Of a stretch of 64,000 nucleotides of DNA, positions 37,018 through 45,795 are shown one piece after another. Numbering within the stretch: the stretch's first letter is position 1; the number at the start of each line of letters is the position of its first letter. A program made the position numbers and the translations under genes. The DNA comes from Dehalococcoidia bacterium (GTDB taxonomy: Bacteria; Chloroflexota; Dehalococcoidia; UBA2979). The notes beneath the pieces are model-generated. The model had not been told where the DNA came from. It searched no databases and was given only the letters and a program-made list of their open reading frames with translations. The stretch lies in the NCBI GenBank assembly GCA_964291495.2, contig OZ219872.1, forward strand, positions 768,001-832,000, read 5' to 3'.

Positions 37018-38259
37018 CTACACCACGCCGCTCTGCCTCAGCACGTCCAGCTGGCGCGCCGTGCGGCCGAGGCGTCCGCAGATCACTTCGCGGTTGTGCT
37101 CGCCGAGCAGCGGGGCTGCTCGGCGGAAGCTCGGCGAATCCTCGGTGGCGCGGAAGAGCTGCAGCGGATACTCGGCCGGGCCCGCGATCGGGTGGTAGCC
37201 GTCGACGAAGAAGCCGCGCGCCCGCTCGTGTTCCGAGGTCGAGACCTCGTCGAGGTTGAGGAAGCGCCCGATCGGCGCGCCGAGGCGCTGGGCGGCGCGG
37301 TAGATCTCCTCGCCGGGGATGTCCTTCGCCCACTGCTCCATGCCGCGCTGGATCTCGTCTCCGCGCGCGGCGCGGCCCGCCTGTGTCTCGAACTCCGGGT
37401 CGAGCGCCCACTCCGGCTCGCCCATCAGCTCGACGAGCATCTTCCAGTGATGGTTCTGCGCGGCGTAGACCACGATGTAGCCGTCCGCGCAGGGCACGCA
37501 GTCGCCGTAGGCGTGCTTGTTGGTCGGCCGCGTCTCGTAAATCCCGCCCGTCAGGTAGCTGCGCATCTGGAAGCGGTGCATCACGGAGACGTGCGCCTCC
37601 TGCCTCGAGAGGTCGATGAACTGGCCGCCGACCATCGGCTGGACGAACAGCGCCGCCGCGATGGCGAGCGCGGCGCTTGTGCCGGAGATCGCCTCCCCCG
37701 CCGCGTAGGGCAGCTTGACCGGCTCGCGGTCGGGGTGCGTGTCGTAGGCGAGCGCGCCCGGGTTGGTGAAACCGTCGCCGCCGTACATGTAGAGGTTGAG
37801 GTCCTCGGCGCGATAGTCGCGCTGCGGCCCGGTGGAGCCGAAGGGCGTGATCGCGGCGACGATCAGCTGCGGGAAACTCTCCTCGAGGCTGGGGTAGTCC
37901 AGCCCCAGCCGCTCCGCCTCCGCCGGCGGCAGGTCCTCGATCAAGACGTCCGCTTCGGCCAGCAGCTCGAACAGCAGCTCGCGCCCCTGCGCCGACTCGA
38001 TGTCCAGGCTGACGCCGAGCTTGTTGGTGTTGAAGTGCATGAACGCGAGGCTACGCTCGCGGTCCTCGATGTCGCCCGCGTAGGGCGGAACCCCCCGCGC
38101 TGGGTCGCCCTCGGGGTCCTCGACCTTGATCACCTCGGCGCCGAGGTCGGCGAGCAGCTTCCCGGTGTAGGGCGCGGCGAAGAGGCGGCCGTACTCGACG
38201 ACCGTGACGCCTTCCAGCAGGCCCCCGGCGGGCGCGCCCTCGCCGTCCGCGGCGGTCAG
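37018..38259 (-). CDS. CaiB/BaiF CoA-transferase (apparently lacks catalytic Asp; BbsE-like partner)
   Basis: LADLGAEVIKVE, FNTNKLGVSLD, APLLGEHN; start probably CTG overlapping upstream TGA. Confidence 0.85.
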   Translation of the reverse strand: MTAADGEGAPAGGLLEGVTVVEYGRLFAAPYTGKLLADLGAEVIKVEDPEGDPARGVPPYAGDIEDRERSLAFMHFNTNKLGVSLDIESAQGRELLFELLAEADVLIEDLPPAEAERLGLDYPSLEESFPQLIVAAITPFGSTGPQRDYRAEDLNLYMYGGDGFTNPGALAYDTHPDREPVKLPYAAGEAISGTSAALAIAAALFVQPMVGGQFIDLSRQEAHVSVMHRFQMRSYLTGGIYETRPTNKHAYGDCVPCADGYIVVYAAQNHHWKMLVELMGEPEWALDPEFETQAGRAARGDEIQRGMEQWAKDIPGEEIYRAAQRLGAPIGRFLNLDEVSTSEHERARGFFVDGYHPIAGPAEYPLQLFRATEDSPSFRRAAPLLGEHNREVICGRLGRTARQLDVLRQSGVV

Positions 38260-39611
38260 GAGGACGCCCCCTGCTGCTGCTCGCGCTCGAGCTTGGTGCT
38301 CTTGAAGACGCCGCGCTGGCGCGCGTCCTTGCCGACGAGCTGGCGCTGCGCCGTGAACATGTCCGGCAGCGGCACGCCGACCGCGCCCTCCTCGGACAGC
38401 GTCTCGATCTCCGCTTCGTCGTAGCCGAGCTCGGCCAGCACCGCCTCCGTGTGCTCGCCGAGGATCGGCGAGTGGTTCGCGGTCTGCGGCGGCGGGAAGT
38501 TGCTGAAGCGCACGGGGCTGGCGGGCATGACCAGCTCGCCGTCGCGCGGGTCGTCCACGGTCACTGCCAGGACGTTCTCCTCGAACTGGCCATGAGTCGT
38601 GAACTCCTCGTAGTTCAGGCAGGGGTCGCAGCGCAGCTGGCGTGCGCGGAAGCGATCCTGCCACTCCTGGCGGGTCTGCTTCGAGAACGCCTCGTCGAGC
38701 ACCGGGTAGAGCTCGAGGCGCGCGGCGTTGCGCTTCTCCACCGTGTCATAGCGAGGGTCGTCGAGGATGTGCTCGATCTCGAGGATCTCGCAGACCATGC
38801 GCCACTCCGTGTCGTCCTGGCCGAAGATCGTGAGCACGTAGCCGTCGCTCGCCGGGTAGGCGGCGTAAGGGAAGCGCGAGCGCACCCCGCCGCGGCCCTC
38901 CTTGCGGAACTCGATGCCCTCGGAGAGGTAGTGGGCGATCGCCGGCCACTGCATCAGCACGGCGGTGTTCACGAGGTTGTTCGTCACCTTCTGCCCGCGG
39001 CCGGTGCGCTCGCGGTGCCAGAGCGCGGCCATCAGCGAGTAGGCGTTGACGGCGCCACCGCCGTAGTCGATGACGTTATGTCCATTTACCCACGGCGACT
39101 GATCGCCATCCGGGTCCGTCTGGCTCGTCACGAAGCCGGCGAAGGCCTGCGCCCACATGTCGCCGCCCCGGCGGTGCGAGAGCGGGCCGCTCTCGCCGAA
39201 CATCGAGAACGAGCCGTAGACCAGCCCCGGGTTGATCTTCGAGAGCTCCTCGTAGCCGAGGCCCATGCGGTCCATCGTGCCCGGCCGGAAGTTCTCGACC
39301 AGCACGTCGGCGCGCTCGCAGAGCCGCTTGACGGCGTCGAGGCCGCGCTCGTCCTTGAGGTTCACGGAGAAGCTGCGCTTGTTCAGGTTGGTGCAGATGA
39401 AGGTGATGCTGTCGACGAACGGCTCCGCGGTGAGCCGCGAGAAGTCGCCCTCGAGCGGCTCGACCTTGATCACATCGGCCCCGAGATCGGCCAGCAGCCG
39501 TGTGGCCACGGGGCCGAACGCGAACTGGCTGAAGTCGAGCACCTGCAGGCCGCTCAGCAGTCCCGGCGCCGCGCCGTTCGAGCTACCTTCGTTCGATCCG
39601 TTGTCCGCCAT
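38256..39611 (-). CDS. CaiB/BaiF CoA-transferase
   Basis: LADLGADVIKVE, NLNKRS, ENFRPG, IDYGGG. Confidence 0.92.
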   Translation of the reverse strand: MADNGSNEGSSNGAAPGLLSGLQVLDFSQFAFGPVATRLLADLGADVIKVEPLEGDFSRLTAEPFVDSITFICTNLNKRSFSVNLKDERGLDAVKRLCERADVLVENFRPGTMDRMGLGYEELSKINPGLVYGSFSMFGESGPLSHRRGGDMWAQAFAGFVTSQTDPDGDQSPWVNGHNVIDYGGGAVNAYSLMAALWHRERTGRGQKVTNNLVNTAVLMQWPAIAHYLSEGIEFRKEGRGGVRSRFPYAAYPASDGYVLTIFGQDDTEWRMVCEILEIEHILDDPRYDTVEKRNAARLELYPVLDEAFSKQTRQEWQDRFRARQLRCDPCLNYEEFTTHGQFEENVLAVTVDDPRDGELVMPASPVRFSNFPPPQTANHSPILGEHTEAVLAELGYDEAEIETLSEEGAVGVPLPDMFTAQRQLVGKDARQRGVFKSTKLEREQQQGASS

Positions 39612-39715
39612 GCTCGCCCCCTCGCGCTCGCGGTCCGCGCGCTCGGTGCCTGTTGTACCACCTTGAGGGGCGGCACGGGGCGGCGCCGACCGGCAAGCCG
39701 ACGCGATAGGGCGCC

Positions 39716-40180
39716 CTAGAACCGGACGCGGCTGCCCTTCGCACAGTAGCGAGGGTCCGCGGAGGCGCCCGTGGCGGCGAACTCCCGCGCCGCCTCGCAG
39801 GCGCGCAGCAGCTCCTCGTCGCGCTCGCGCGGCAGGTAGTCGCTCGGCGTGCCGGCCGTGTAAGCCGCGACCAACGCGCCGCCGAAGACGGCCGGGATCT
39901 CCGGCGAGTCGTCGACGACGAAGTCCGGCGTAAGCGGGACGCCGAGCACCTCGAGCGCCGCCTCGTGGTCGGCGAGCGGCTTCTGGTAGCAGGCCTCCAC
40001 CAGGTGCTCCAGCCCGTGCTCCCGGATCACGGCCGAGCGGTCGCCGGCGCCGGACCAGACGTGCACGCGGTGGCCCTCCTCCCGCAGCCGCTCGAACACC
40101 TCGCGCGTCCACGGGCGCAGCGATCCGTCGAGGCCGAGAATCGTGTAATCGACGTCGAAGAAGATGTCGAGCGTGCGCAT
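39716..40180 (-). CDS. HAD-superfamily phosphatase-like protein
   Basis: FFDVDYT, WS, K, FVVDD motifs. Confidence 0.8.
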   Translation of the reverse strand: MRTLDIFFDVDYTILGLDGSLRPWTREVFERLREEGHRVHVWSGAGDRSAVIREHGLEHLVEACYQKPLADHEAALEVLGVPLTPDFVVDDSPEIPAVFGGALVAAYTAGTPSDYLPRERDEELLRACEAAREFAATGASADPRYCAKGSRVRF

Positions 40181-40194
40181 CGCGTCCAGTCGAG

Positions 40195-40338
40195 CTAGTC
40201 GGCCGAGGGCAGCTCGCGCGGCGCGAGCAGCACCATCTGCTTCGCGCAGCAGTGGATCTCGCCCTCGCCGCGGCGGATGCAGAGCACCACGGTGCCGCAC
40301 TCCTCGCAGCGATAGCGGTGGCCGAGGTCGTTGACCAC
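40195..40338 (-). CDS. Small desulforedoxin-like protein (CxxC...CC), 47 aa
   Basis: Manual translation MVNDLGHRYRCEECGTVVLCIRRGEGEIHCCAKQMVLLAPRELPSAD. Confidence 0.8.
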   Translation of the reverse strand: MVNDLGHRYRCEECGTVVLCIRRGEGEIHCCAKQMVLLAPRELPSAD

Positions 40339-40341
40339 GGG

Positions 40342-40458
40342 CTAGCGCCTCGTGACGGGCTGGTCGCAGCAGGTCATTTCGCCGCTGCCGCCGGTGGTGA
40401 CGATGAACTCGGAGCCGCAGCGCTCGCAGTAGTAGCGTTTGCCGGTCTGGTTCGCCAT
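40342..40458 (-). CDS. Small desulforedoxin-like protein (CxxC...CC), 38 aa
   Basis: MANQTGKRYYCERCGSEFIVTTGGSGEMTCCDQPVTRR; GAGGGG SD. Confidence 0.8.
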   Translation of the reverse strand: MANQTGKRYYCERCGSEFIVTTGGSGEMTCCDQPVTRR

Positions 40459-40555
40459 GCCCGCCCCTCGCACGCGCCCCGCGTTCCCGTGAACGGCATT
40501 ATAGTGGCGCGTGCCGGTACGCCGGAACGCCGACACGCAACGAAGGAGCGACCCC

Positions 40556-41857
40556 GTGACGACAGAGCGCCGAGAACGACCCAGCACCTGGGGCAAGATC
40601 ACCGACGCGGAGATGGAGCGCATCGCCCAGCGCTTCGCCTCGTGGCGACCCGATGTGCCGTGGTGGCGCGACTGCACCCGCGACGCCTTCGAGCACTACG
40701 CGCTCGGCATCGGCAACGCCAACCCGCTCTTCCAGGACGAGGAGTACGCCGAGAACACGCGCTGGGGCGGGCTGGTCGCCCACCCGCTGTTCCTCGACTC
40801 GTTCGGCCGTCGCGCCGGACAGGGCGGTGGGGGCTTCCCCGGCGTGCACGCCACGCACGCCTCGCTGTTCTGGACGTTCTACAAGCCGGTCACGCTGGGC
40901 CTGCGCATCCAGATGAAGAGCTGCATGTGGGAGCACTACCTCGCGCCCAGCCGCTTCGCCGGCCGCATGCTGGACGTCGTCCGCCGCCACGCCTGGGTGG
41001 ACGAGGACGACGGCACGATGATCGCCAACAACTGGGGCCTCGTGAAGCGCTGGGAGCGCGACGCCGCACGCGGCCGCCGCGACACCGCCAGCCCGCACCG
41101 CGACTGGCGCCGCCACGTCTACACCGACGAGGAGCTGCAGCAGCTCTGGGAGGCCTACGACGCGATCGAGGTCCGCGGCGCCGAGCCGCGCTACTACGAG
41201 GACGTCGAGGTCGGCGACAAGGTCGGCCCCTACATCACGATGCCCTACGTGGGACGCGAGATCATCTCGTACTACATGGGCACCGGCGCGCCGTTCATGA
41301 TGTCCAACACCAACATGTACAACTACTTCAAGCGCCACCCCGGCGCGAACGTGCCGGACCCGGAGACGCAGACGCCGGACGTGCCCGAGCGCACCCACTA
41401 CGATCAGGAGTTCGCGCGCTTCGCCGGCTTCCCGGACATGTTCGACGTGCTCCAGCCGCGCAGCGGCTACGGCACCACGATGGTCACCAACTGGATGGGC
41501 GACGACGCCTTCCTGCGCGAGCTCTCGATGCTCGGCCGGCGCCCGGTCGCCTACGGTGACGTCTGCTGGATCCACGGCGAGGTCACCGAGAAGTTCCAGC
41601 GCGGCGACGAGAACCTCGTCAAGATCGTGATGGTCTACGACAGCCAGAAGTGGCGCGCCTCGTGGGGTCACGCCCTCGTCTCGCTGCCGTCGCGCGAGCG
41701 CGGCCCCGTCGTGCTGCCGGAGCCGGGCGTCGACCCGGAGACGGAGCCCTACGACAAGGAGAACCCCACGCCCGAGTACGCCAAGGAGATCCTCTACCAG
41801 CCGGAGCCGGACCTCCCGGACGCCGCCTTCATCAAGGACGAGGTCGGCGTCAGGTAG
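40556..41857 (+). CDS. Double-hotdog MaoC-family dehydratase
   Basis: NPLFQDEEYA..TRWGGLVAHP, RYYEDVEVGD, HYD; AAGGAG SD. Confidence 0.85.
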   Translation: MTTERRERPSTWGKITDAEMERIAQRFASWRPDVPWWRDCTRDAFEHYALGIGNANPLFQDEEYAENTRWGGLVAHPLFLDSFGRRAGQGGGGFPGVHATHASLFWTFYKPVTLGLRIQMKSCMWEHYLAPSRFAGRMLDVVRRHAWVDEDDGTMIANNWGLVKRWERDAARGRRDTASPHRDWRRHVYTDEELQQLWEAYDAIEVRGAEPRYYEDVEVGDKVGPYITMPYVGREIISYYMGTGAPFMMSNTNMYNYFKRHPGANVPDPETQTPDVPERTHYDQEFARFAGFPDMFDVLQPRSGYGTTMVTNWMGDDAFLRELSMLGRRPVAYGDVCWIHGEVTEKFQRGDENLVKIVMVYDSQKWRASWGHALVSLPSRERGPVVLPEPGVDPETEPYDKENPTPEYAKEILYQPEPDLPDAAFIKDEVGVR

Positions 41858-41863
41858 CGCCAA

Positions 41864-41915
41864 TCCGGCCCCCTCTCCCTGGGGAGAGGGCGGGGGTGAG
41901 GGGGACGACTCCCGC
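41864..41915. repeat. REP-like hairpin family A (CCCTCTCCC..GGGAGAGGGCGGGGGTGAGGGG)
   Basis: Near-identical to 29041-29093; further copies at 29143, 50341, 50524, 54509, 59629, 61352, 61520. Confidence 0.88.
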
Positions 41916-41971
41916 CCGCCCCCGAAGCAGCGAGGGCTCAACGCAACCACGGAAATCGGAAAGGGCGGCCC

Positions 41972-42865
41972 GTGGAGATCGCCCTCGGGCTGCCGCAGCT
42001 CGGCAGGCACGCGCGGCGCGAGCACGTCATCGAGGTCGCACAGGCCGCGGAGGAGGGCGGGTTCGACGCCCTCTCCGTGGCCGATCACGTGGTGATGCCG
42101 CGCGAGTTCGTCTCGGCGCACCCGGACCGGCCCGGCGGGCTGCCCGCCCGCTACCGGCCCGATCGCAACCTGCTCGAGCCGCTCACGCTGCTCGCCTTCG
42201 CGGCGTCCGTGACGTCGCGCATCCGGCTCGGCACGGCGGTGCTCGTGCTGCCGATGCGGCACCCGGTGCTGCACGCCAAGGTCCTCGCCTCGCTCGCCCA
42301 GCTCGCGGGGCCGGGCCGCGTCTACCTCGCCGCCGGCGTCGGCTGGGCGCGCGAGGAGTTCGAGGTGCTGTCGGCCCCCTGGCCGCGCCGCGGCCGGCGC
42401 GTCGAGGAGCAGGTCGCGCTGATGCGCGCCCTCTGGAGCGGTGAGCCGGTCGACCACCACGGCGAGTTCTACGAAGTCGACGGCTGGATCTCGCGGCCCG
42501 CGCCGCCCGCGCCGATCCCGGTCTGGCTGGGCGGCGCGAGCGAGGCCTCGTTCCGCCGCGCCGGGCGCATCGCCGACGGCTGGTTCGCCGGCATCTACCG
42601 CCTGCCGACCTACCGCGAGGACGCCGCCGCCGTGCGCCGCGCCGCCGAGGAGGCCGGACGCGACCCGGCCGAGCTGACCTTCGGTCTCGGCGGCATGCCG
42701 AACATCGCCCCGGGCGAGGAAGAGGCATGCGCGCGCGCCCTCCTCGAGGCCTCGAAGATCGGCGTGCAGCACGGCCGCATCGGCGTGGCCGCCGGCCCCG
42801 GCGAAGCCGCCGAGCTGATCGCCGCCTTCGCCGCCCGCTACCTCGACGATATCCACGCCGCCTGA
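41972..42865 (+). CDS. LLM-class F420-dependent oxidoreductase
   Basis: AEEGGFDALSVADHVV, EPLTLLAF, RLGTAVLVLP, GVGWAREEF. Confidence 0.88.
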   Translation: MEIALGLPQLGRHARREHVIEVAQAAEEGGFDALSVADHVVMPREFVSAHPDRPGGLPARYRPDRNLLEPLTLLAFAASVTSRIRLGTAVLVLPMRHPVLHAKVLASLAQLAGPGRVYLAAGVGWAREEFEVLSAPWPRRGRRVEEQVALMRALWSGEPVDHHGEFYEVDGWISRPAPPAPIPVWLGGASEASFRRAGRIADGWFAGIYRLPTYREDAAAVRRAAEEAGRDPAELTFGLGGMPNIAPGEEEACARALLEASKIGVQHGRIGVAAGPGEAAELIAAFAARYLDDIHAA

Positions 42866-42950
42866 GGATGAGTTTCGGCTTTCTCCCGTAGCATTCGAGG
42901 CCGCGCGGGGATACATTCGTTGCATGGCGGATGGCGGCGGACCCGGCGGG

Positions 42951-44030
42951 ATGAAGCAGCTTGTCCTGCGCGAGCGCCATGAGGCGCTCGGCGCGCGCTT
43001 CGCTCCCTTCGCCGGCTGGGAGATGCCACTCCAGTACGGCGGCATCGTCGGCGAGCACGAGGCCGTCCGCGAGCGCGTCGGCGTCTTCGATGTGTCGCAC
43101 CTCGCGCGCGCCTGGGTGGAGGGGCCGCAGGCCGCCTCGCTGCTGCGTTCGGTGACCACCTTCGACGTGACCACGCTGCCCGTGGGCAAGGCGCACTACT
43201 CGCTCTACTGCAACGAGTCGGGCGGCATCGAGGACGACGTCTTCATCTACCACCTGCCCGGCGACCGCTGGCTGGTGATCCACAACGCCGCCAACGCCGA
43301 CACGGACTTCGAGCGCGTGCAGGCCGTCGCCGGCGACGCCGCCTCCGAGGTGACGCCCGAGACCGTGATGCTCGCCGTGCAGGGCCCCGACGCCGTCGCG
43401 CTGCTCTCAAGCGTCCTCGGCGAGGGCTTCCTGGCCCTCGAGGCGCGCGACTGCGCGGAGCTCGACTGGAACGGGACGCCCGTGCTCGTCGCCCGCACCG
43501 GCTACACCGGCGAGGACGGCGGCGAGTGCATCGTGGGCGCGGACCGGGCCGCGGACCTCTGGGACGCCCTCACCGCGGGCGGCGCGGCGCCCGCCGGCCT
43601 CGGCGCGCGCGACACGCTGCGCCTCGAGGCCGCGCTGCCGCTGCACGGCAATGACATCGACGAGACGACACACCCCTTCGAGGCCGGCCTCGGCTTCGCC
43701 GTGAGCCTCGACGACGAGGCGCCGTTCACCGGCCGCGAGGCGCTCGCCGCGCTCAAGGCGGAGCCGCGCACGCGGCGGCTCGCACACCTCGTGGCCCAGG
43801 AGCGCGGCGTGCTGCGCACGGGCTACGCGGTGCACGCGCCGGACGAGAGCGAGGCCGTCGCGAGGCTCACAAGCGGCGCCTTCAGCCCCAGCTTGCGAAT
43901 CGGCATCGGCATGGCCTACCTTCCCGTCCAGCTTGCGAGTCCCGGCGTCAGTCTCACGGTCGACGTGCGCGGACGCGCACTCCCCGTCGAGGTCGTACGA
44001 CGCCCGTTCTACCGGAAGCCGAGGCAGTGA
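42951..44030 (+). CDS. gcvT: Glycine cleavage system T protein (aminomethyltransferase)
   Basis: FAGWEMPLQY, FDVSH, RTGYTGEDG, GLGARDTLRLEA; start may be 42924. Confidence 0.96.
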   Translation: MKQLVLRERHEALGARFAPFAGWEMPLQYGGIVGEHEAVRERVGVFDVSHLARAWVEGPQAASLLRSVTTFDVTTLPVGKAHYSLYCNESGGIEDDVFIYHLPGDRWLVIHNAANADTDFERVQAVAGDAASEVTPETVMLAVQGPDAVALLSSVLGEGFLALEARDCAELDWNGTPVLVARTGYTGEDGGECIVGADRAADLWDALTAGGAAPAGLGARDTLRLEAALPLHGNDIDETTHPFEAGLGFAVSLDDEAPFTGREALAALKAEPRTRRLAHLVAQERGVLRTGYAVHAPDESEAVARLTSGAFSPSLRIGIGMAYLPVQLASPGVSLTVDVRGRALPVEVVRRPFYRKPRQ

Positions 44031-44425
44031 TGACGACGACCCCCGAAGACCTGAGCTACACGAGCGACCACGAGTGGCTGCGCCGCGACGAGCACAGCCC
44101 GGACGAGGCCGTGATCGGCATCACCGACTTCGCCCAGGACCAGCTCGGCGACGTCGTCTACCTCGATCTTCCCGCCGAGGGCGACGAGGTCAGCGCCGGC
44201 GAACGCTTCGGCGAGGTCGAGTCGGTGAAGACCGTCTCCGACCTCTACGCCCCGATCAGCGGCGAGGTGCTCGCCGCCAACGGGGAACTCGAAGAGCAGC
44301 CCGAGTTGGTCAACGACTCGCCCTACGACGAGGGCTGGCTGATCCGCGTGCGCATCGCGGACGAGTCCGAGCTCGACGATCTCCTCGACGCTGACGCGTA
44401 CCGCGCGCAGCTTCCGGCGAGCTGA
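44030..44425 (+). CDS. gcvH: Glycine cleavage system H protein
   Basis: HEW, GITDFAQDQLGDVVY, VESVKTVSD, LVNDSPY. Confidence 0.97.
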   Translation: MTTTPEDLSYTSDHEWLRRDEHSPDEAVIGITDFAQDQLGDVVYLDLPAEGDEVSAGERFGEVESVKTVSDLYAPISGEVLAANGELEEQPELVNDSPYDEGWLIRVRIADESELDDLLDADAYRAQLPAS

Positions 44426-44427
44426 CG

Positions 44428-45795
44428 TTGGCGTCCTCGTCGTTCGCGGGGTCGCCCCATCCGTACATCCCCGCCACCGCAGCCGATCGCGCGCGCATGC
44501 TCGAGCGCGTCGGCGTCGAGGACCTCGACGCGTTGTTCGCCGACCTCCCGGCCGCGTTCCGCGACCCGGCGATCGATCTGCCCTCGCAGCTGGCCGAGCC
44601 GGAGCTGATCGCGCTGCTCGACCAGCGCGCGGCCGAGAACGCCGACCCCGGGCGGCCGAACTTCCTCGGCGCGGGCGCCTACCGGCGCTCGATCCCCTCG
44701 ATCGCCGGCCACCTGACCTCGCGCTCGGAGTTCGTCACGGCCTATACGCCGTACCAGCCGGAGATCAGCCAGGGCACCCTGCAGACCGCCTTCGAGTACC
44801 AGTCCGTCGTCTGCGAGCTGACCGGCATGGACGTCTCCAACACCGGTCTCTACGACGTCGCCAGCGCCACCGCCGAGGCCTGCCTGCTGGCCGCGCGCGC
44901 CACGCGGCGCACGGCCGTCGCGCTGCTCGAACCGATCCACCCCGGAACCGCCGACGTGGTCCGCACCTACGCCTACGGCGCGGGCATCCGCGTCGACCTC
45001 GTGACCTCGGGTGACGAGACGACCGAGGAGCACGCCTGCCTCGTGGCGCAGCAGCCCGACTTCCTCGGCACGATCGCCGACCTCGGGCCGCTCGCCGAGG
45101 CTGCGCACGCCGCCGGAGCGCTGTTCGTGACCGTCGCCGACCCGTTCGCGCTCGGCCTGCTGCGCTCGCCCGGCGACGCCGGCGCCGACATCGTCACCGG
45201 CGAGGGGCGCGACCTCGCGGGTGCGCCGGCCTACGGAGGGCCCTCGGTCGGGCTGTTCGCCGCGCGGCAGCAGTACCTGCGGCAGATGCCGGGCCGCATC
45301 GTGGGCCGCACGAAGGAGCTGGAAGCCCCGCCCGACGGCGGCGAGCCGCGCACCGGCTACGTGCTGACGCTGCAGGCGCGCGAGCAGTTCATCCGCCGCG
45401 AGCGCGCCACCTCGAACATCTCGACGGCGCAGGCGCTGATCGCGCTCGCCTTCACCATCACCGTGCAGGCGCTCGGCCCGCGAGGCCTGCGCGAGGCGGC
45501 CGAGCTGTGCTACCAGCGCGCCCACGCGGCCGCCGCGCGCGTCGCCGCGCTCCCCGGCTTCGAGGTCCCCGAGCGCGGGCCCTGGTTCCAGGAATTCCTC
45601 GTGCGCGGCCCCATTCCCGCGGCGGAACTTGCCTCTGCGCTTGCCGCTCGTGGGATCGCGGCCGGCCTCGACGTCTCGGACCGCGCGGAGCCCGAGGCGC
45701 GCGACGCGCTGCTCTTCGCCGTCACCGAGGCGACGCCCGACGCGCACGTCGACGAGCTGATCGAGGCGCTGGCGGAGATCGGAGCGCAGGCATGA
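44428..45795 (+). CDS. gcvPA: Glycine dehydrogenase subunit 1
   Basis: FLGAGAY, TAYTPYQPEISQG, LQAREQFIRRERATSNI. Confidence 0.96.
   Translation: MASSSFAGSPHPYIPATAADRARMLERVGVEDLDALFADLPAAFRDPAIDLPSQLAEPELIALLDQRAAENADPGRPNFLGAGAYRRSIPSIAGHLTSRSEFVTAYTPYQPEISQGTLQTAFEYQSVVCELTGMDVSNTGLYDVASATAEACLLAARATRRTAVALLEPIHPGTADVVRTYAYGAGIRVDLVTSGDETTEEHACLVAQQPDFLGTIADLGPLAEAAHAAGALFVTVADPFALGLLRSPGDAGADIVTGEGRDLAGAPAYGGPSVGLFAARQQYLRQMPGRIVGRTKELEAPPDGGEPRTGYVLTLQAREQFIRRERATSNISTAQALIALAFTITVQALGPRGLREAAELCYQRAHAAAARVAALPGFEVPERGPWFQEFLVRGPIPAAELASALAARGIAAGLDVSDRAEPEARDALLFAVTEATPDAHVDELIEALAEIGAQA

Noticed and set aside
42866-42950. Glycine riboswitch upstream of gcvT
   Set aside because: Gap is too short and lacks the GGAGA...CCGAAG aptamer motifs
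40499-43189. Very long antisense or alternate-frame ORFs (this 896-aa one and many others)
   Set aside because: Expected shadows in high-GC DNA; Arg/Ala/Pro-rich with no motifs
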